Assembly (NCBI GenBank): GCA_053919585.1
Contig: CM132793.1
Length of the DNA: 64,000 nt
Origin: Euprymna scolopes
Taxonomy: Eukaryota
Reading direction: 5' to 3' (one strand)
Each line of letters opens with the position of its first letter. Position 1 is the stretch's first letter. Below, piece after piece: positions 1-14,589 of this stretch. The position numbers and the translations under genes were made by a program. The notes beneath the pieces are model-generated. The model ran no database searches and had not been told where the DNA came from. It worked only from the letters and a program-made list of their open reading frames with translations.

Positions 1-132
1 TCTGCTCTCTGGGACTTTTTTTTCTGTTTCTGCTCTCTGGGACTTTTTTTTCTGTTTCTGCTCTCTGGGACTTTTTTTTCTGTTTCTGCTCTCTGGGACT
101 TTTTTTTCTGTGTCTGCTCTCTGGGGCTTTTT
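1..132. repeat. 28-bp tandem repeat (minisatellite), ~4.7 copies, truncated by window start
   Basis: Unit TCTGCTCTCTGGGAC(T)8CTGTT starts at 1, 29, 57, 85 and 113; the last unit is degenerate. Confidence 0.95.
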
Positions 133-1649
133 CAGCCCCTTACTCGGGGATTTTCTTTTGTTTTACTTCGCGTCTCAACTCACCAAACAACCTTTCACTT
201 TGCTCCCTAATCTTTTATCTACTTTTTATATATCCTTATAAATTACATTTCCATATATTAAATGATTGAACAATATATTATCGTAGCACAATAGTGTCCC
301 TCTCTCTACCGCCTCCATTAATAACCCACACTTTCTGTCCATTCGTATATATTCCTATTTTTTCTTTATATTTTTTTTTACTCCCCCAAATTTCTTCAAT
401 CATTCGTCATCGATTTACGGTTTTTGCATTTCTTCCCATATAAGATTTGTATCTAGATATAATCGTACTATAGCAACAAATAAGCTAGCAAAAAACAAAC
501 GCCACTAGCCATGTGTGTGTTCCTAAATTAAAGCCGTGCTGTTGAATCATGTAGTTGCACTATGGCAGTAAAGAATTAAATATTCTTCACCACAAACTAT
601 TTACGGTTCTTGTTTGGTGTTTATCATTTTTGAATGTGTTCATACTCAGTCTTGCACTGTTAGCGCTTCTCCCACGTGCCTTATACTAATGTAATATAAA
701 GCGATGAGCAATGTCGGCGAAAAGTCGTTTGTTTGTTGTCCCTTGATAATCGAAAGCGTCAGAAAGCGAAATGAAATAACTACAAAATAAATTAAATTTT
801 ATTTTACTTCCTTCTTTGCAGCTGAGAGAAAATGAGTTTAAATGTAAGACATCTCGTTTCCTTTGCTGAATTCAGATTGCAGTACATTTAACCAGCGCTA
901 AAAAATAATTCGCTAAGACATTTTTTTTACATATCTGTGCGCACATTATCTTTCGTCCATTTTTGAAGGTATAGGATGTCCTACTCGTAGACGAAATGGA
1001 ATTTTTTTATATTAAATCTGATTTGCTGTTGTGTCGACCTTATAAAAAATACATGCCTGAAAGTCTAAAAAAAATTATTTTCTATCCTTTGCGAATAGAA
1101 TTAAGCTTACAACCGGTGTTTATAGAATAAGGTCATATTCTTCAAAATCACAAGTTTTCATGAGGAATATTGTGAAACTACATAATAAGAACACTAGTTT
1201 AAATGAATCGGTGCTATAATACCTTATGATCACCTTTCAGCATATAAATGCAAGGTCAGTTAAAATAAAATCAATGCGAACCTGCTAGAAAACACCGAAG
1301 CGCAGACAAAGAAGAAAGCATTGAGCAAGTATTTCACTACTTCACATAAGACTTCACAGGAAATTCGGTTTGGTTTTTAACAAGTTAAAATAGCTGCTCC
1401 ATGGTCAAACTTGAAACAAAAATTTGGAAGACTTGAGTCGACTTAATATGTAACTTATATGCTCGTATGATGTAAAGTTCGTTAATACGCAACGTTTTCT
1501 TGTCAATATATCGATAACTCAAACTGTAGCGATTAAGACTGGAAAGCTAAAGATTTGGGTTTCGATCATTTTGATAGCAATAAAGTAACGTTTTGGCATT
1601 GAACCACAAATACTAGGAACCCGTGACTTCTGAAAATGCTAAAACAGTG

Positions 1650-3305
1650 TAGTAAATAATGGGCAATCAACAATTCCCCCACAAACCAACAATCATGAGG
1701 TTGGTTGCTCAGCAACCGAGAAGGCTAATATGCTTGCCAGTCGGTTTGCCTCCAACTCCACACTGGACCCTGCTAACCACCCCTCCCTGACATTCATTTG
1801 CGGACAGCCGCCACGCAAGACGATCTGATAATCACCCCATTTCAGGTGCATGCTATCATAAAAAAAAACTTGACATTTCAAAAGCTTGTTGACCTGATAT
1901 CATTCCAGTTGTGCTATTGAAAACGTACTCCGCCGAAGTAGCTTCAGTTCTCTCCAAACTTTACAACAAATGCGTTAATGAATCTTGCTTTCCTGCCTGC
2001 TGGAGAACTGCTTCTGTGGTACCAGTTTTCAAGAATTGTGGCGAAAGAACTGACCCATTAAATTATCGCCCTATTAGCCTCCTCCCACTTTTCGCCAAAA
2101 TATTTGAGTCCATAGTTAACCAAGATATAGTCCATCACCTTACAGATGCTAAACTTCTGATCGCCCAACAATATAGATTTAGGCAAGCCCGTTCCACATC
2201 AGATATCCTAACTGTAATCTCTGAGCGTGTATACTATTCACTGGACAAAGTAGGGGATTGTATAGCGGTAGCTCTAGATATATATGAGGCTTTTGACAGG
2301 GTATGGCATGAAGGTCTTCTCAGGACAAATACTAAACATAATAAAATCCTTAGATTGGAGAAAAATATAGGTTGTCCTCGACGGTCGTACATAAAAAATA
2401 TATAAATGTGGGAGGGCCACAGGGGTCTATACTTGGGCCTTTATTTCTAATATTCATAAATTACCTCCCTACAAAACTGCCTCTGAGATGGGTATATATG
2501 CTGATGACACCACGCTCTATAATAGGCACAACAGGAAAACTAATGAACACATACCTAAGGAAATGGTAGAAACACTAGAGGATGACTTCCAATCTGTAGT
2601 GGAATGGGGACAAAAATGGATGGTCACATTCAATGCTTCCAAGTCTAAACTTGTTTCCTTCAATTTTTAGATACCTTCTTTACCACCAATATATATGGCC
2701 AAAGATTCAGTACTTGAAAGTACTTTTAAACTCCTCTGCCTAACGTTCACATGAAGCATGAGTTGGAACAATTACATTGAGAGCATTGCCAGGACCTCTG
2801 CGAAGAAGGCAGGCTCTATCTATCATTTTAGAAAGCTACTAACGCCCTAAAGTATCCTGTTCCTCTATAAGGTCGCCCATGTATGGAGCATTGTCATATT
2901 TGGGATGGTGCATCCGCTACTAGTCTCTCGCTTATAGACAATGTTCCAAAAAGTGTCTCCAACCTGATAGGTCCTGAACTGTTATCTAAGCTTCAGCCGC
3001 TGTTCCAGCGACGAAATGATGCATCCCTCTGCCTGTTCTACAAGTATTTTAATGGTGAATGCTCTGACGAGCTGCAAGCACTTGTGCCCCCACGACGACA
3101 AACCCGACAGGCAGCTAAATCCCTATACACTCGAGATCCCTAGATGTAAGAGCTTTCTACTCCAGTAGTTTCTTCCCTAGAAACGCTAAACTTTGGAATT
3201 CCATTTCGGCTCCCTACTTTCCCAATTGTACTTATGTCCTTGATAGTAGCCCCCTACACAAAAATGACAATGAGCCTTGCTTGCGGTGAAAATGTAATTA
3301 AAAAA
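1650..3305 (+). mobile_element. CR1-group non-LTR retrotransposon (LINE), 5'-truncated, frameshifted reverse transcriptase
   Basis: ORF pieces 1911-2405, 2372-2569, 2488-2670 and 2883-3143 give RT motifs YRPISLL, ALDIYEAFDRVWHEGLL, PQGSILGP, YADDT, WMVTFNASK and the C-terminal MEHCHIWDGA motif; A-rich end at ~3300. Confidence 0.9.
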
Positions 3306-4330
3306 TGAACACAATATTGGCTCTTTAATTACGAAATCTGCGTGATTGAAATTATATTGAATCATATTTTACGACCGAATCATGCGGTGGGGTGCAATAA
3401 TATATTTGTACAATCCATGAGCAATACAGGATTGGCTCTATAATAATAAATACGAAATCAACATAAAACACGTATGAGCTTACGTTACGACCGGTCAACG
3501 CCAGTAGGCTTGCTAATTACAAAATTCTCGCCAAACTAATTATTCGTCTTTGATTCAACTATGATAATACACATTTCCTAAACACTACCTGCCCTGCAGG
3601 CCATATAAACACATAGAATATGTATAAGCGTTTACTTTAAAAAACTATCTAAATCTCTATTTTTCTTAATACATGTCAATCTACCTTTACCTCTGTATTC
3701 CCCGACATTCGTCTTTCTACCCTGCCCATTTTCTTTTGGTTTGTTTTAAAATGAATGAAAACCTCGCACAAGCTTTAACATTTTAAGAATGATCTTACGA
3801 AAAAGTTGAGATTCTCGTATTTTATCTTTATAACAATCGATACGAGAATGAAATGCGTTTTTGTATTCGAGTAAGAGATTCACCCTAGCTCTCATTAAGT
3901 TCGTTCTCCTTATACAATATAATAAAGCAGTTTTGTTATAAAAAGGCAAGAAATAAGAATTAAATATTCACCCGCGCTTTACGTTCAGACATGCAACGCA
4001 GTTTCATCTGTTTTGCGTCATTAAAACCATATGCTAGACAACTTTATCATTTCAAAGCTACCATTAAATACATTTTTATTATTCTCATCAGAATCCACTG
4101 TCCACTTCTAACTTCAGGATGAAATATGCTTCAATTTCCAGGCAACGCGACTCCCCATGATTTACAGCGCACTCCGCAACACTGACACATAGGATTTAAC
4201 ACGCATTTACGGGTGACATGTGTTTTTTTTTATCTTCTCTCATGTAATAATCCAAACCAGCTTTATAAATTATATCCGCGAACAATGTAGGTTTTTTGTC
4301 TTTCTCTTTTCCCAGGACAGTATAATAACT

Positions 4331-4483
4331 AAGCCTATGACAACAGCATATTCTTTTCCTAAAGGATATATCTATTGACATCTTATGTTTCTGATGTGGA
4401 GTGTTGGGATCCTCGGTTATTTGTCTCTGTCTTATGTAATCTCGAGTCAAAACAATGAAAAGAATATGCTGCTGCCATAGCCC
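4331..4483. mobile_element. MITE (~155 bp), possibly PIF/Harbinger-type; copy 1 of 3
   Basis: Inverted ends GCCTATGACAACAGCATATTCTTTTC / GAAAAGAATATGCTGCTGCCATAGCCC followed by TAA; same end sequence at 22674-22832 and 56698-56833. Confidence 0.7.
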
Positions 4484-4657
4484 TAATAACGCTTACGCTT
4501 GTTTTAGTCCTGCAGTAGAAAGCCTGCTATATTTAGTTTATTGACCACTTTCAGTTCAGCATATATAACTTCCAAGGGTACTAGTGTTACATATTTGATC
4601 TATCTACGGCTTTGAGTCTTTAGTTTACGCATATATCACTCGCCAAGCTTTATAATG

Positions 4658-4915
4658 AACGGCATAATCACGTTGATTTCTATTGGATAATCGATGTTAA
4701 GAAACGATGAGCCTGGCCAGTCCTAAAATTGGGGACCATTGGAAAATCCATGTGGTCTTCGTTTATGTTTGCATTGTTTCCAGTCATCCTGGCCTTTTCC
4801 TTTCCGCTAGACTCAAGCAGTGCAGATTCAGATGTGTGCTTGACACAATTGCACGCACAGCTACCCTTACAGAGCTATCCATTGGTTTTTGAGTCTGAAC
4901 GCAGGCATCCACCTT
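4658..4915 (+). mobile_element. 5S rRNA-derived SINE (SINE3-type), diverged copy
   Basis: Head AACGGCATAATCACGTTGA...GATGTTAAGAAACGATGAGCCTGGCCAGT resembles 5S rRNA; body (GCATTGTTTCCAGTC..., ACACAATTGCACGCACAG..., TATCCATTGG...GAGTCTGAA) aligns by eye with the copy at 59991-60290. Confidence 0.7.
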
Positions 4916-6299
4916 AAATACTGTTATTACACAAAGAAGTTAGCTCAAATATTAAGCATTTAACTGTCATATACAACATCAAGTGTAATACTGTTATGGT
5001 TATTGCTCCAAAGCAACACTGACATTTTGTGTCGAGTATGCAGCGACACTAGTCCCAGGAAATACCGAATTACTCTACCGCTTATTCTATACTGAAAAGA
5101 TATGTTGATCCTGGCAATAGCCCGATGGGACTATTTTTGCTGAACTTTAAGAAAGGTATAATCACCTTTTCTATAACTATTGAACGCTAATTTTTCGGCA
5201 ATTCATTTTTAAAATGATTACAGAAAGTCGCCCTTCCAAATCCTGTTGCAGGTAACCTTCAAATGAGTGCATGTTTATTAAATGCTAATGTTTTGTGCGT
5301 GGCAATACTGAAGATGAAAAATCTGCTGTGTAGGTGATTAGTTTTACTGTAAGCTGTACACAGTAGCATACAAACGAGCAACTCTTTTTATAGTAGTTAC
5401 ATATATAACACAACGGAATAAAGCTTGTTATGCCAAGGCCTAACGATAGGAGAATAAAATTATATGGTAAATATTAATGTTTCGCTATTCTTTGATTCAC
5501 TAGGTTTGTCGATTATACATATTTTGGAACATGTAAGAGGATAACGCGATAAGTCTCTCATGATGTGTTATGAATGCATCAATTATCTTAACTACCCTTT
5601 ATTACCGTTCTATATTTATCTTTTTAAAAAGATTTTAATTTCGAAAAGACAGAACGGTACATCATATATATATATATATATATACATACACTCTTATTCT
5701 GGTTCTCTTCCTTTGACTTCTTTTCAAACTCTACAGTTAACATGATTTGTCCACATCGCTTTAGGTTTCTTCGAAGTTTCCGGTTCCAAAAGTTTTATTT
5801 CTGAGATTTAGAGTGAAGAGAACTTAGTCGAAATACATTTTCATCGTATAATTCATCTGTTGTTGCTCTTAAAAATATTGAGTAAAAATTCATCACCGAA
5901 GCACTTTTGATAACTCTTTTAGTCTCGCATCCCCTGATTCGCGGCTCTATCCTTAGATTTTATGAGTGAAAATCTTGACAAACGGATGTGGAAAACGCTG
6001 TCACCATGGAGCGGCAGTTTAATGAGTGGTAGGGAGAGGAGAATAATCTAATTTCCTCTTATAACCGTGATATGTCCAGTATAAAGCTGGAGGTAAAAAT
6101 AATTGGATTGATGTAATTCGGTGGGTATACTAAGGAGCCAAAATTTAAGTTCCAAGACAGCTGTCTTATCAGCCGTTGTAAAATACAGGAGCTGTTAAAT
6201 TATTGATGTAATCTAGATTGTAACATACTGCTCTGACTGTTACAATTTCCCTTCATGCTTATATATTTAGCTCGCGTTACGGCGTATTAGCTTTTTGGT

Positions 6300-6640
6300 G
6301 GTACCTACGAAAAGTTATATTGTATACCAAGTTCTAAAAAAATGTTTCGCTTAATTTCAAGTTTCTTTTTTACAGCGAAAAAACAATGTTAGGATACCGA
6401 GCAAAAGGTTCGATTTTTAGGAAGAAAAGCTAGTAATAAAGATGGGAAGGGAGTGTCGGTGCTTTACATCGAGTTATCTCCCCGTGGCGTGTAAAAAATT
6501 TCCATAATGGCTGACTTTAACACACTAATAAACACGTGTTTTTTTCCGCTGTAATAAAAAAAAACTTACTCGATCAAATTAAATGATTTTTTTCGGAGAT
6601 CTTCAGTCCAAAAACGGTACGTACAATATAATTTTTTTTT
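6300..6640. repeat. Degenerate palindromic (foldback/MITE-like) element
   Basis: AAGTTTCTTTTTTACAGCGAAAAAACAATGTT (~6359) mirrors AACACGTGTTTTTTTCCGCTGTAATAAAAAAAAACTT (~6531); AAGTTATATTGTATACC (~6312) mirrors GGTACGTACAATATAATT (~6616). Confidence 0.55.
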
Positions 6641-9600
6641 CTCTCGATATTTTCATTTTTTTTTTAATGTCTTAATTAAACTGTACACGTACCCTTTTGG
6701 TTTTACACCAAATGTTCTTGTATGAGTTAGGGTTCTACATTCTTTTGAATCCTTGTTATTCCGCAACTGAATCAACTGTAAGAATACCAAAATGTCTCTT
6801 ACAAATGTGATTGCGTACAATATATTTTTTCGCCGTCTTTTCCTCTTTCACAGAAGTGTCCTTCGAGTTGACTTGCGACTCCATTTTTCTTCGACTAATT
6901 ATGACTGTAAATTAAATCCTTTTCGTAACAGTAATAAGACACGCGTTAGTTTTTTTTTTCCGGTGCAGAGGATATAGTTGATAATTTGGTTCCGGAGACG
7001 CATCGCTAAATCCCAAACTATCCCCTTCTCTTGGTGGGATCTTGAATTCCTGCTGTATTAAAATGTGTATGCTTTCTTGCAATCTACAACAGATTTACGC
7101 CCCCCCCCCTTTGTACAAATCTTATTTCTGGACGTGATTTTGGAAACCTTGCCAACTCCTGTTTCCACGAACGAAGCCTCGCTGCAGGTGGATGTCCTCC
7201 GTTCACTTTTTGAACGTAAATTCAGTAACTCTTTTCTGTTACCGCATATTTTGTGTTTTAGACAGGTCTTTAAACAATATTCTATAACTAAGAAAATTAT
7301 GTTTAAAATGTAATACTAGCTTAATCCGCTAGTCTATATACGTAGGGTCCCATTACAGAATACATGAAGTCGTTTCTGAGGGGTAACTTCCGCTGCTGTA
7401 TTAATGTGAACGGCCGCGGCTTTTCTTTTCTTTAGAAAGATATACTAATTCTTTAGTGTTCTACTGTCTGCGTCAGAGGCTCTTATGTATGAAGGATTAG
7501 CAATGTCACAGAAGGATGTCTATCCACAAAATTATTTTTGCTCAAATATTAACACGACTTATTGCCAACTATATTGCCAACTGGAATATTTTGTTTCATA
7601 TTCTACATAACACAAACATTGAACTTGAAATACAATCGTTTACAAACACCCAAAGCTATGCTTACATGTATTAGTCCTATATTTCGGTAGGGAGGGTGGT
7701 TACAGAGTAAGGTTTGAAGAAAATTGTTACAGAGATCATGTTATCGATAAATTGACTTTTCAAAGCATTTTCGACTACAAAATGACTTTAAATGGTTTCT
7801 TAATGAAAACTGCGCGCATAGCTTTCGTTTATATTTTAGTATGTCCTCGTTAACTTTGGATGAGTAATCATTGCAAAAGTTATTTACGAATATAGAATAT
7901 TAGTAAGAATATTGATATTTTTCCGTTACTTATCCAATTTATTACCCAGTATCCAATAAATAAACGTAAGCATTTTTCGGCAGGCTACGTGAAAAAATAT
8001 TGATGCGATTCGCTAATTCGCTGTCAGAAGAGTTTCAAATGAGAGCTTGAAATATCACTATAATGGGTGCATATTCAATTGTTTTCGTCGGCCATGATGA
8101 AATCCAATGAAATTAGAGGTAAATCATTTCGAAATATCTAGATCAACATATTTTTAAATGCAATTTAGTAATAAATTCGCTAATCGTGAAGTTTTAGTTT
8201 TAGAGAAACTACTTTAATGTCTTATTCGAAAAAAATCATGTAAGCTAATAGTTTCAATGCAGATGCGTGTATAAAGATGTTTTAGTGTGTTTTTAAATAT
8301 AATTCTGAATAAATACTGCAACATGACTTGCCGTTTTCTATTATGTGATTAAATGTAGGTAGGAATTTCAATTAACAGCTTATTTGCAAGGATATTCTGC
8401 ATGTTGAACATTGCCCGAGATTTCTATCACACAGAATACATGTTTATCTGCAAACCCAATGTCAATTACAACGGATATTTACAATTGTTTTACTTAAGAA
8501 CTCTATATTCGAATGCCTTTGGCCTTGATAAGTGGTATCCAGAAAACAAAAACAAAACTTATATAAATAAGACCACCCTATTTTCCTTAACGCTACCTTA
8601 GTTGTACGCAAACATTAATATATAATCAACTATTAAGTAACCAAATATAAGTTAACGAAAATGTACTCCCGTTTCAAAAGTAAAAAGAAGACCTTACATT
8701 ATGTCTAACTCACATCTAGTATTTGACGTAATGGTAATCCAGAATCTTATGGCAATGTACATGTTGCTATTCAATCTCTTCGTGGTAAATCTCGAGAGGG
8801 TGTGCACGCTAAAGTGACGAAGGATTTTCCAGAAATATGGACATTTAGGGGACGGAAAAGAGGGTAAGCGCAAGTTCAAACGAATAAAGTGGATAGCATA
8901 ATCTCCCACCCAAGTTGTTGTATGATATCCCTGACTACTCGGGCGATATGCGGCTTAGCGTGTTCATGGAAGAAAAAACACATCTCTGCAAGTCACCATT
9001 GTTGGTACCTATCGACGCAATGTCTGCTGCACTTGATATTGCGAGTATAAGTCTCTAATGATAATGAACTACTGGATACGTCCACCAGAAATAAGGTATA
9101 GTCTTGCGTAAGCGCAGAGATGATCTTGAGGTCTCACTGACAGCATGTCAATGCTACAACCGATGGCTGGAATGTATTGTTTCATACATAACACACTTAT
9201 CACCAGCTAGCACTTGATTGAAAAAGAATATGGTATACCGACGAGAAAACAAATAAATCGATGACCGGGCGCGGTGTGCATTTTTTTTAATAACTTTGAC
9301 GTTCATATTTCTAGCTCTCACAATTGGAAAACAATTGTTACACGCATTTCGTATATATGTCAGTTTTATTCTATGACTTTTAGTAATATATTGCAGATTA
9401 TTGTAAACGTGTTTACTGTTATTATTTCAGCTTCTCCGGCGGTTCATATTCACTAATGGGCGCTTAAAATGTCTTTAGGTTTTAGACGAAGAAATCCAGA
9501 TGTCTCCAATTCGATAGGATCTGCACCAGTAATGTAATATACACGTTAATATCAGTCTGGATGTTCAGAGATTATAACCAATCGTTATCATTGTCATCTA

Positions 9601-9699
9601 ATTGATGATATTGATACCGTATTAAGAATTACGAGAAGACTAGGAAAAATAACATGGCGTATATTTAATGAGACAACTGCAAATAAAATCCATAACGTT

Positions 9700-10480
9700 G
9701 TCTTTTTTTCGCCAAAACTGGGGGAGCAGGTAAGTACTTTTTGACGGTCCGTCTTTTTAAAAATCTATCAAAAATCAGGTAATTATCCGATCAATACGAA
9801 ATTTTCAGTGATTATTAAGAGAAGAATGAACTTTATAACAGTGTACTTATTTTTCATAAACGATATTTATATATTTTTTTTTGCTTACAACCCCCCTTGT
9901 TTTGAGGGGGTACAAATATGCTTAAAATAATTATCTGAAACTGAACACAACATATTGTGTTGTTGCAAAGGACAGAATTATAGATTAAACAAAAAAAAAC
10001 TTGTTTGCATACCTTATTTTGACGTTTGAATATCAGAACTTCGATTGTGTTTAATTATCCCGCTTTTGAGTTTTGAAGTGTTAAATTCGGTGAATGTGTT
10101 AAGTAAAATAATTTAAGTTAAGCAAAACAAAAAATAATTAATATTTATACGAAAAAGCCATTTTAAAATCTTTGATAAATAAATTAACTTTCTTTTTAGC
10201 GAGCCGAATAATGCATGACCATTATTAAACAGGGTATGCTTTGAAGAATCGATACAAAAAAAAATTCGATAAATATTGTGCCCTTTGTGTTTTTAGATCT
10301 CGTTTGAAAACGCTTGCTGTCTTTCGACTACGGTAGACCAAACGCGCTGAAATACGTTTTATTCTGCTTTAAATTGCCCTCCCATTTTAGGGAGCCTGGC
10401 CTCCACACACATACACATTAAAAACCAAACTCATACAAATGGTCACCCATCTGGTACTGGCCAGCCTCAGCGTTAATAAT
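9700..10480. repeat. Dispersed repeat family A, copy 1, carrying a minus-strand 5S-derived fragment (10436-10475)
   Basis: Colinear similarity with 27935-28800 (TTTTTGACG, GAATGAACTTTATAA, TACAAATATGCTTAAAAT, AAACTGAACA...ATATTGT); reverse complement of 10436-10475 reads ...GCTGAGGCTGGCCAGTACCAGATGGGTGACCATTTG, the 5S box C region. Confidence 0.65.
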
Positions 10481-12974
10481 ACATTGAAATTTTCGTCACT
10501 GAAAAATAAGTTTTTTGGGCCTGTTTGGTCTTCCATAGTTTGCTTTTTTTATCAAATACAAACGTAAACATTGTCGATCTAGACTCTAGATCGACGCGAA
10601 GTAACTGGTTGTCTATATGAATAAGTGGAATTATTTGAAATCCAGGTATTTATATTATATTTTCGCATATTCTCATAGAAAATCATCCTAAATCTTAGTT
10701 AGACAACAAATAATTTCAAAAACCTTCTTTTTTTATTAATATTTATGTACGATTTTTGTGCAAGACAAAAAATGTCAATTAACTTTTTGGGAAAATTTAA
10801 CATTTAAAATTTAATTAAAAATAGAAAAAGATTTACATTATTCTGTTTTCTATATAAAATTCAGGGTTTTATCTTTCTGGAAAAAAAGTTACTCAGAAAT
10901 AATGGATTTTAGTAAATGTAATTTCGTTTTACAAAACAACTTGATTTTTCGGCCATTTTTGGGGGTGCCTAATTAAATCGAATATTATCTTGTCCGCCAT
11001 TCGCCTGTTTCTAACATTTTAATAATCCGTTTTCTTTTTTAATATGACCAAAATTAGATTATGAATTACGTCGCAAACAGTAGGGTTTTGTCCGTCAAAC
11101 AGTGAAATTTAAGTAGCATCTGGATATGCAGATGATATTGGAGCATTTTTTGCTTACGATGTAGAAAGCAGGTCTGGAAACGGTGAGCACCTTTACCCTA
11201 ATATAATAAAACATTTGTTTGCTATTATTTGTTTATTATATATACAAAACTAGATATTTATCCTGGTGTAAACAAGATATAAGTAAAAGGTGTAAAACAT
11301 AGAATAAAAAAATGAAACTATCAGTTCTGATTCAATGAATATGTATTCAAGAAACTTACAATACAATTTTGTAAAAGTGTTTAATGATTCCAGAATGAAT
11401 GAATTTTTAATCACACTAAACTTATATTTTCACTTTTCATTGAATTAGTTTCGTGTGAAAAGAAATTGTATGTTCTCATTGGAGAAATTGGGCAGCGTCT
11501 GCACGAAAAAAATTCAAGAATTTCTTCCGGCGCCATCCGGAAATTTCCTAAACAGTCTAGACGATATCATAACCTTTACACTGCATAAGTACCGACGCAT
11601 TTTAAAGATGCGCTAGCGAGTCACTAGAAGAGTCTAAGTTCGTCAGTGGTAGCGACTTTTTCATCGATATCGGGCGCTCACATTGAACGTAGGATTACAA
11701 GTACAAAATATACAGAGGAAAACAAAAAACTTATGCATTTAGATGCGGTCTGGAATGAATTTTTTATTTTTATTTAATGAAAATAATTTACAAGATTTTC
11801 TGGGACATTTGGCAGCATCCATCCTTATCAAGGAATACATTTTTCTCAGTTTTTTCTCGTTTTGCTAAGTTCGAAAGAATATGGAAGAGAAATTAAATGT
11901 CTAATCATAAGTTTTATCACGGTCAAATCAAATGTGCTTGAGCAGGTGGCGCGAATATTGAATATACTGAGTTAAACACATCTTTTGGAAGCATTATTCA
12001 AAAAAAAATTAATGTATTTTTTCATTAATAAGAGGATTCATTTTTCTATGGGCACCCTTTTCAACTTAGCATATCGCATTATTTAGTTTGATAAATTTCT
12101 GAAATGTTACAAATGAGCTCAAATACTCTTAAGTATATTTATGAGAGCTTTGCTAACCGCACTCTTAGTCAATTTAAATCTTGGAATATTGTTTCATTTC
12201 GTCAAAAATATTCTTTAGATTAGTCCAGCACTCTATCCATCCCACTTTTGAGTTCTAGTATGTATGTATGAGTTTATACATAAACCTCAGCTCAAGTATA
12301 ATTTCCATCGAAAACATTTAACTGTTGCATATAAAGAACTAGAAGTATATTTGTTCCAGGGCGAATACAGTCAATTCTCTGCAGTTTTGCAACATTTTGT
12401 TTTCAAATCTATCTATTCTATTACTTTACGCCCGTACTTTACGCTTTGAAAAGGCAAATTTCAGTTTGTGAAGATCCATCTACTTCGAAAAGGGCCAAAT
12501 AAACGAAGGTTGGCTTTAGAAATGTCCATCTGGCAAACGTGGATAAGAATAATTGGCTTTCGTTTCATGTAGCCTCATTTTTCGTATATCATATGTTCAT
12601 TGTTGTAATTGTGTGCGAACGAAACTCATTGTTTCGACGTGTAGCGTCTTTTTTTTTTTCATTGTAGAAACAAGTAAGGGTAGGCTTAAAAAACTTTCGA
12701 AACGGCAAAAAAAAAGATTCTGCCAAGTGTTTAACGACTTAAAAGTTGGTTAAAGATTATTTCACCATAAATCTTTACTACTGGTATTGAACTATGTTAC
12801 ACAATATGACGTTTGAGTCTTTATTTTACTTTATCTCATTTAGGCAACTTCTATATTTAAAATAGAATGGGCATTTGTTTAATAGAAATGTAAATGAACT
12901 CTAATTTGCTGCGTGCTATTGGTTTGCTGTCAGCTTCATCGAAACATTTATTACTAAATATTTCTAATTTAAAT

Positions 12975-13425
12975 TGCCTAAAATTCTGAAAAGTTGTAAC
13001 TGATTTCTATATAATTTTGTTTGTCTATACTTCGCGATAATTCTTGCGTGTGCCCATGAGCTCTTTTAGGGTTAATAAAAACAGCTTTGGGGGACATTTA
13101 ACCAAATTTATCCAACATTTTCTGCGTATGCCTATTTAGCAGTTTTGTATAGTACTGAACGCAAATTTTAATATGTTAAGGTTTTGGAACTTCTGGGGCT
13201 GAATGGGGGGGCAGATGAGGGACTTGGTTATTTCTTTTTTGCATGCTGCAGAACTCCAATTTACATCTGTTAAGGTCTAAAACTGCACCGTTTGTTCATT
13301 TTCGCCAGGATTAGACGTCATCTGGGGACTTTGGGGGCTAAATCTGGGGGTGGACAATGCTGAACTTGGTAATTTTTATGCCTCGTTCATTGTGCAGTCA
13401 TGGGGATAATGTATGTTTCACTTGC
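12975..13425 (+). mobile_element. 5'-truncated copy of the DINE-1/Helentron-like non-autonomous element at 44580-45297
   Basis: Colinear similarity (AAATTCTGAAAAGTTGTAAC...CTATACTTCGCGATAA...ATATGTTAAGG) and the same 3' end (TGGGGATAATGTATGTTTCACTTG). Confidence 0.7.
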
Positions 13426-14589
13426 TCGACTTGTAATGAGATGTTAATTTAACAAGCATAGCTTTTAATAGAACAGATACATTTTTTCTTTAATCAAAGT
13501 TCGATGTGATGAAAAATTTCCTAACATCTACTCATATTCGATGTTTTTTTTTGTTTTTTTTTTTCAAATGCGGACTTTTCATTTTAAAGGGTTTATTTTT
13601 TCTTGTAACAAACCTTTTTTTCAGTTAAATTGAGTATGGAATTTCTGAATTCAACTGTGGTGAATTGTTTAAAATGCTTTTAATTTTTAAATCTTTTTCT
13701 CTATCTATTTTTTGGGAACAAAGATTTTAAGGGGTTTTGCTTTAAGACCATTTTATTCAATCATTTGTTTGTAAATTATGGAAAAAACTTCTTTTAAATC
13801 AGAATCACGAGTCTGAGTGTTTGTGTCTGTGTAAAATTTGATATCCTCATAGACAGTGAAACATTGGATTTTTTTAACCGTGGAATTTAGACGGGGTCGA
13901 ATCCAGCATCTTTATAAAGTGAACGGTCGCTATTTTCATTTACTATTTGGTTTTTGAGTTGTCCATGCTCTTTATGGTGTTTTCTTGGTTATCAGGCAGC
14001 AATATGACACTATTTGTGATCAGTTACTTATTAGGACCGATATTTTGTGATAACTCAGGTTGTATTCTGGTGTTACGCATCAATATAAAACACTATCCGT
14101 TGGCTTCATTCCTATGCTAGGAATAAAATGCTGGAAACCAGCAACAAAATGAAACATAAGAGAATATTATCTGTATTTTTACAAAAAATATACAGTTTAT
14201 TACAATTACAAACAATTCATAGCAGACTTTAAAGTCTTAACTAACCTTAACTACTAATTGTATTGGACAAGACGGTGTCCCCCTTTTTACGGAGAGACAA
14301 AGGTATTCCTTACTTCATAGTGGTCGCCGATGAAAGAGTGCGTCTTGGCGAATTGCATTATTGTCTCGTCCCCTATCCATCCGTGAGTGGTTAAATAGCC
14401 ATCCGGCTAGGGGGAATGACGACGCAGTGGAAATTACGACATAATGCTACAAAATACGCTACTTGCAAAAAGACTCCGAGAAGAGTATAATCCCTCATCT
14501 CTATCTTCTATATTCCCTTCTCTCTCTCCTATATCCCCATTCGTTCTCTCTCTCTCTCTCTCTCTCTTTGAGTTCCGTCTCCCACGTCC

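Noticed and set aside
1-132. CRISPR array
   Set aside because: Contiguous tandem units without spacers, in a eukaryotic context.
14061-14451. Solo LTR (TG...CA)
   Set aside because: No TSD, no second copy and ambiguous left boundary.
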